Made by a program: the position numbers and the translations under genes
Notes under the pieces: generated by a model
The model's database searches: none
What the model was told of the DNA's origin: nothing
What the model saw: the letters and a program-made list of their open reading frames with translations, nothing else
Shown: positions 60,671 to 64,000 of the stretch, in pieces
Layout of the letters: every line of letters starts with the position of its first letter
Position numbering within the stretch: the first letter of the stretch is position 1
Assembly (NCBI GenBank): GCA_002269645.1
Contig: NIVC01000521.1
Location: 186,001-250,000, forward strand
Reading direction: 5' to 3'
Length of the DNA: 64,000 bases
Origin: Macrostomum lignano
Lineage: Eukaryota

Positions 60671-61687
60671 ATGTCGAAATCCACAAACGTTTTGAAAATG
60701 ACGAGCAGCCTCACAATAGCGACTGAAGCTGCTAGCGAAATAGCAAGCACTGCAGAAAGCATCTATGAGACTGTGTCAGCTGTCACACAACAATCGTACG
60801 ATAGTCTGATGAAATTGACCGAGAAAGGCGCCAGCATCGACCAACTGAAGCCGCTCAGTGATTTCCGAGACGCAATGCGAGACACAAATGCTTCTGGAGA
60901 AGATCTGATGTCAACGTGTCGTGAGCTGAGGGAAAACTGGAAGTCCTTTGAAATTAAAATTTCCGAGATCTTTAAATCGAATAAGGAAATTAGTCGCACT
61001 GAAGTGCAAGAATGTATTCAGCTGCTGCAGTTTATGCTGGAGAGTGCTGAAAACTGTCGCAAGTGCTACAAAGAGTTCAGAGAGAAACTAAATCGTGCTA
61101 TACCAATAGGAAAATGCCTCGCGCCGCGGTTCAAAGACGCAGCCGAAGATAGCATGTCCGAAGCCTGGAACACGAAGGCTGTTGGATATGGCACTGCAGG
61201 AGTTGCAGCTCTAGGCGCTGCCGCTCTAGGCGCTGCCGCTCTCGGCTTTCTCACCGTAGCTACAGGAGGCGTCGCTGCGGTTGGAGCTGCTGCAGCGGGT
61301 GCAGCCGCGGCTGGCACGGGAGCCTACACCTACGATAGGGCGGGAAAGCTGGAAAAACTGGCTGGTGAGTTTTACGACCAAAGAGGAAAGCTTGATGATG
61401 CTCTGCGGGATCTGAAAAGCTTGGGAGATTCCATCACTGGTCTGTTTACCGTCACCGAGAAAATGGCCGAGAACATGGAGATTGCCTTGAAAATCGTTAA
61501 GGAGCAGGAACGTCTGAAGCAAGAGAATGAGGAGATGGAACTGGAAAAGCAAAAAATGAAGCAGGAGATCGAAAGAAGGAAGCAAGAAAATGATGAGATG
61601 AAACAACAACAGGAAATTATGAGACAGAAATATGAAGAATTAGAAAAACGGCTCAAGGAACTTGAATTCCGAAATAGAAAAACCTAG
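60671..61687 (+). CDS. ApoL-like or alpha-pore-forming-like coiled-coil protein, copy 3 (338 aa, no intron in CDS)
   Basis: Long open frame with the same architecture; GEDLM..REL and ECI.....LE.AE shared with copy 2. Confidence 0.82.
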   Translation: MSKSTNVLKMTSSLTIATEAASEIASTAESIYETVSAVTQQSYDSLMKLTEKGASIDQLKPLSDFRDAMRDTNASGEDLMSTCRELRENWKSFEIKISEIFKSNKEISRTEVQECIQLLQFMLESAENCRKCYKEFREKLNRAIPIGKCLAPRFKDAAEDSMSEAWNTKAVGYGTAGVAALGAAALGAAALGFLTVATGGVAAVGAAAAGAAAAGTGAYTYDRAGKLEKLAGEFYDQRGKLDDALRDLKSLGDSITGLFTVTEKMAENMEIALKIVKEQERLKQENEEMELEKQKMKQEIERRKQENDEMKQQQEIMRQKYEELEKRLKELEFRNRKT

Positions 61688-63705
61688 TTTGCTGCAACAC
61701 GTGAGGAGCAAGGCTGAGTTGAAGTTTACGCTCGTATCAAAAGTTGTAATTTGAAGTTGAGATTTCGATTTTGAGTCTACAGTTTACTGTAGCTAGTATC
61801 ATATTTTTGGTATTGCTGCTTTTTGGCTATATCGTATTGCTGTTTAATTTTTTGTTCTTCTTACGGTAGCTACTCCTAGGTACGCTAAAATATGACTGTA
61901 TGTGTTGCAGGTCTTTAATGAGAATCATGAGAAGGCTCACGAGAATTCTCAAATGCTTCGCTTCAATTGTAGCAGATTGGCTACCATTCTTCAAAAACTG
62001 TAATATTATTTAACTCTGCAAATTTTGTCCACCTTTTTAACGCAATTTATAAATAGGATAATCTCCTGAAATTAGTTTCGATCTTGTAGAAAATGTCAGA
62101 AATAAACCTTTTACACTACGAGTAAAGCGGAAGGGCCAAAATTTAATCTTATGAACGTTTGTTTCAATCGTTAATTGATTCTAAAAAGCGGTGTCCTTAT
62201 GTCAAAGTATGTCTGTGTAATTTTAGAGAAAATAATAATAGTAAGATACAGTTATAAATCTTTATGCGATAAATTTTACCAAACTTTTATCTCCCAATCC
62301 TTTGTTTACCATTCATAAAAGTATTTACTGTGCATCTTAATTATAATAATTGTTTTTATTGGGGTAGTTAACAATACTTTGTTCTATTGTTTTAAAGTCG
62401 CCGAAAGTTTTTATATTTAAACTGTTGAATTGTGTACGGAGGGGTGCTGTTCATGGGAGCTCGGCTGTCAGCCATATAACAAAAAAAGTTGATAACTTAT
62501 GATAGAACTCTATGACCGAAATCCAAAGTCGCATTCAAATAATTATTCCCACCAATTTCATCGCCTCCGAAGCTGTAGTATGCCTTTGGACACCTGATTT
62601 CGCTACCCTGTCTGCAAAATACAAATATACATAAATCGAATTATCGGCTTTTTCGTCATTTGTGGCAAACTTTGTGTTCCCTGTTCATTAATCCCCTATT
62701 TAAAACGGCCCTTTTAACAATTGCACTGCTGTGCTTAACAGAGAAGCATGTTATGCAGTGTGGGTGGATATTTGCATGTTTAATAGTAATTCATCTGCAG
62801 TGCCTATCAGATCAAGGGGTCGCACTACAGCTTAAGCTGTCGTAGCGTAAGTCCGATCGTACATGTACGTCGGAACTTTTACGCTGCGGAGATATGAGCT
62901 AAGAACGATGTTATCTTGCGATGGCTTTATAGAACGGGCCCCAAATCTACGTCACCTCAAAAAGGCTTTGAAATCTAATGTAACGGCAAAATCATTTCGC
63001 ATGTGACACATTCACAGATGCGATTGGGCTCTTAAGCATTATTAATAAGTCAGCGCAACAAGAAAACTTGACACAACCAGAATTCATCTCGTCGTCCCCG
63101 AGATTTACTTCACTAAGCTGACTTTTCTCACTGTCCTGTATTCCCTAATTTGAGAACTTCAATGTGCAGATAATTTGTATGGAATATAAATAAAATGTAT
63201 CTTAACTGCAATAATATTTCTTATAGAAATTAAGTATTATCCCATTTTTATACATAAATAGATAGTACTTCGTACAAGTAAACTATATAGATAGTTAAAG
63301 CTATAGTGCTGAATTTAATAGCGATAACGAGTAGCACCATTTTGCTTCCTGTAAATTAATTTTATAATATAGATTTTTTTCGAAAGACTGTCGCATTCTA
63401 ATTGAATTTTTGTCAAGTTCTTCCATCCTACACCTATCAGATTGCGAGAGTGCAGAAAGCCGAAAAAGGGAACTTCGTCTGTCTGTACACTACTACGCTC
63501 GTACGCTCTAGAATTCTTTCACTGAGCTACTCATAACATTAGCTGTGTTTCAATGTACATACAGCGCAAAATTACGGCCTTTTATACCAGAAAAAGTATA
63601 GAGACGAAATAACCCTGTTTACTTCTGAGTCACCTTATGAGCCCGTATGAATGCAATGTTCCCTCTCTACAGCATCAGAATATCGTCTTACTCTTAGCTG
63701 ATCTA

Positions 63706-64000
63706 GGGGGGGATCGGTGACCAAAAAGTTCTGCAAGTAGCTTTGTTAAAGTTTATAGGAAAAAGTTATTCACGAATTTAGTGCTGCATTCCTTCAAAGT
63801 ATTTCCCTGCAGCTTCTATGCATCGCTGCACCCATATCCGCAAACTCTGAAAGCATCTGAGGTACTCCGATGTTGGCACCCTCTCCAGTTCTGCTTTGAC
63901 CGCTCGAGCCAGGTCTCTATGTGCAAAAACAGTCTGCCAGAAATTGCTGACTTCGGGAACAGCCACAAGTTGTAGGGTGCGAGGTCTGGAAAGTGGAGTG
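63706..64000 (-). mobile_element. Mariner (Tc1/mariner) remnant, transposase C-terminus and 3' end, cut by the window edge
   Basis: PDLAPYNLWLFPK, then frameshifted EYLRCFQSLRIWVQRCIEAAGKYFE; TIR-like cagaactttttggtcac on the minus strand. Confidence 0.8.

Noticed and set aside
62435-62640. Mariner-like TIR start (tacggaggggtg)
   Set aside because: No matching second end or transposase remnant could be linked

Overview
Eukaryotic genomic DNA with GC-rich exons, canonical GT-AG introns and a different minisatellite in most introns. This style suggests a free-living flatworm such as Macrostomum (inference only). Contents: (1) two tandem paralogous spliced genes of an unnamed family (A1 1396-6909, A2 9322-18319), whose C-terminal part resembles C14orf93/DUF4616-type proteins from memory; (2) a complete six-exon STAT gene (19750-25020); (3) a small secreted knottin-like peptide exon; (4) an ARHGAP11A-like RhoGAP; (5) three coiled-coil proteins with a Gly/Ala-rich hydrophobic segment and uninterrupted reading frames (ApoL-like or alpha pore-forming-toxin-like); (6) non-LTR retrotransposon and mariner remnants; (7) about 30 tandem repeats. 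The main finding is a Dscam-like mutually exclusive exon cassette in A2. It has five homologous exons, each exactly 77 nt and phase 1 to 0, each encoding a variant basic amphipathic helix. A docking sequence lies 80 nt after the upstream constitutive exon, and complementary selector sequences lie before alternatives 2-5. Paralog A1 appears to have its own cassette with an unrelated docking/selector pair. Secondary findings are an array of about 24 STAT (GAS) sites phased at 22 bp inside the STAT gene, and two inverted, covarying copies of an HDV-like ribozyme fold beside a non-LTR element. No searches or folding programs were run; all gene models are manual.
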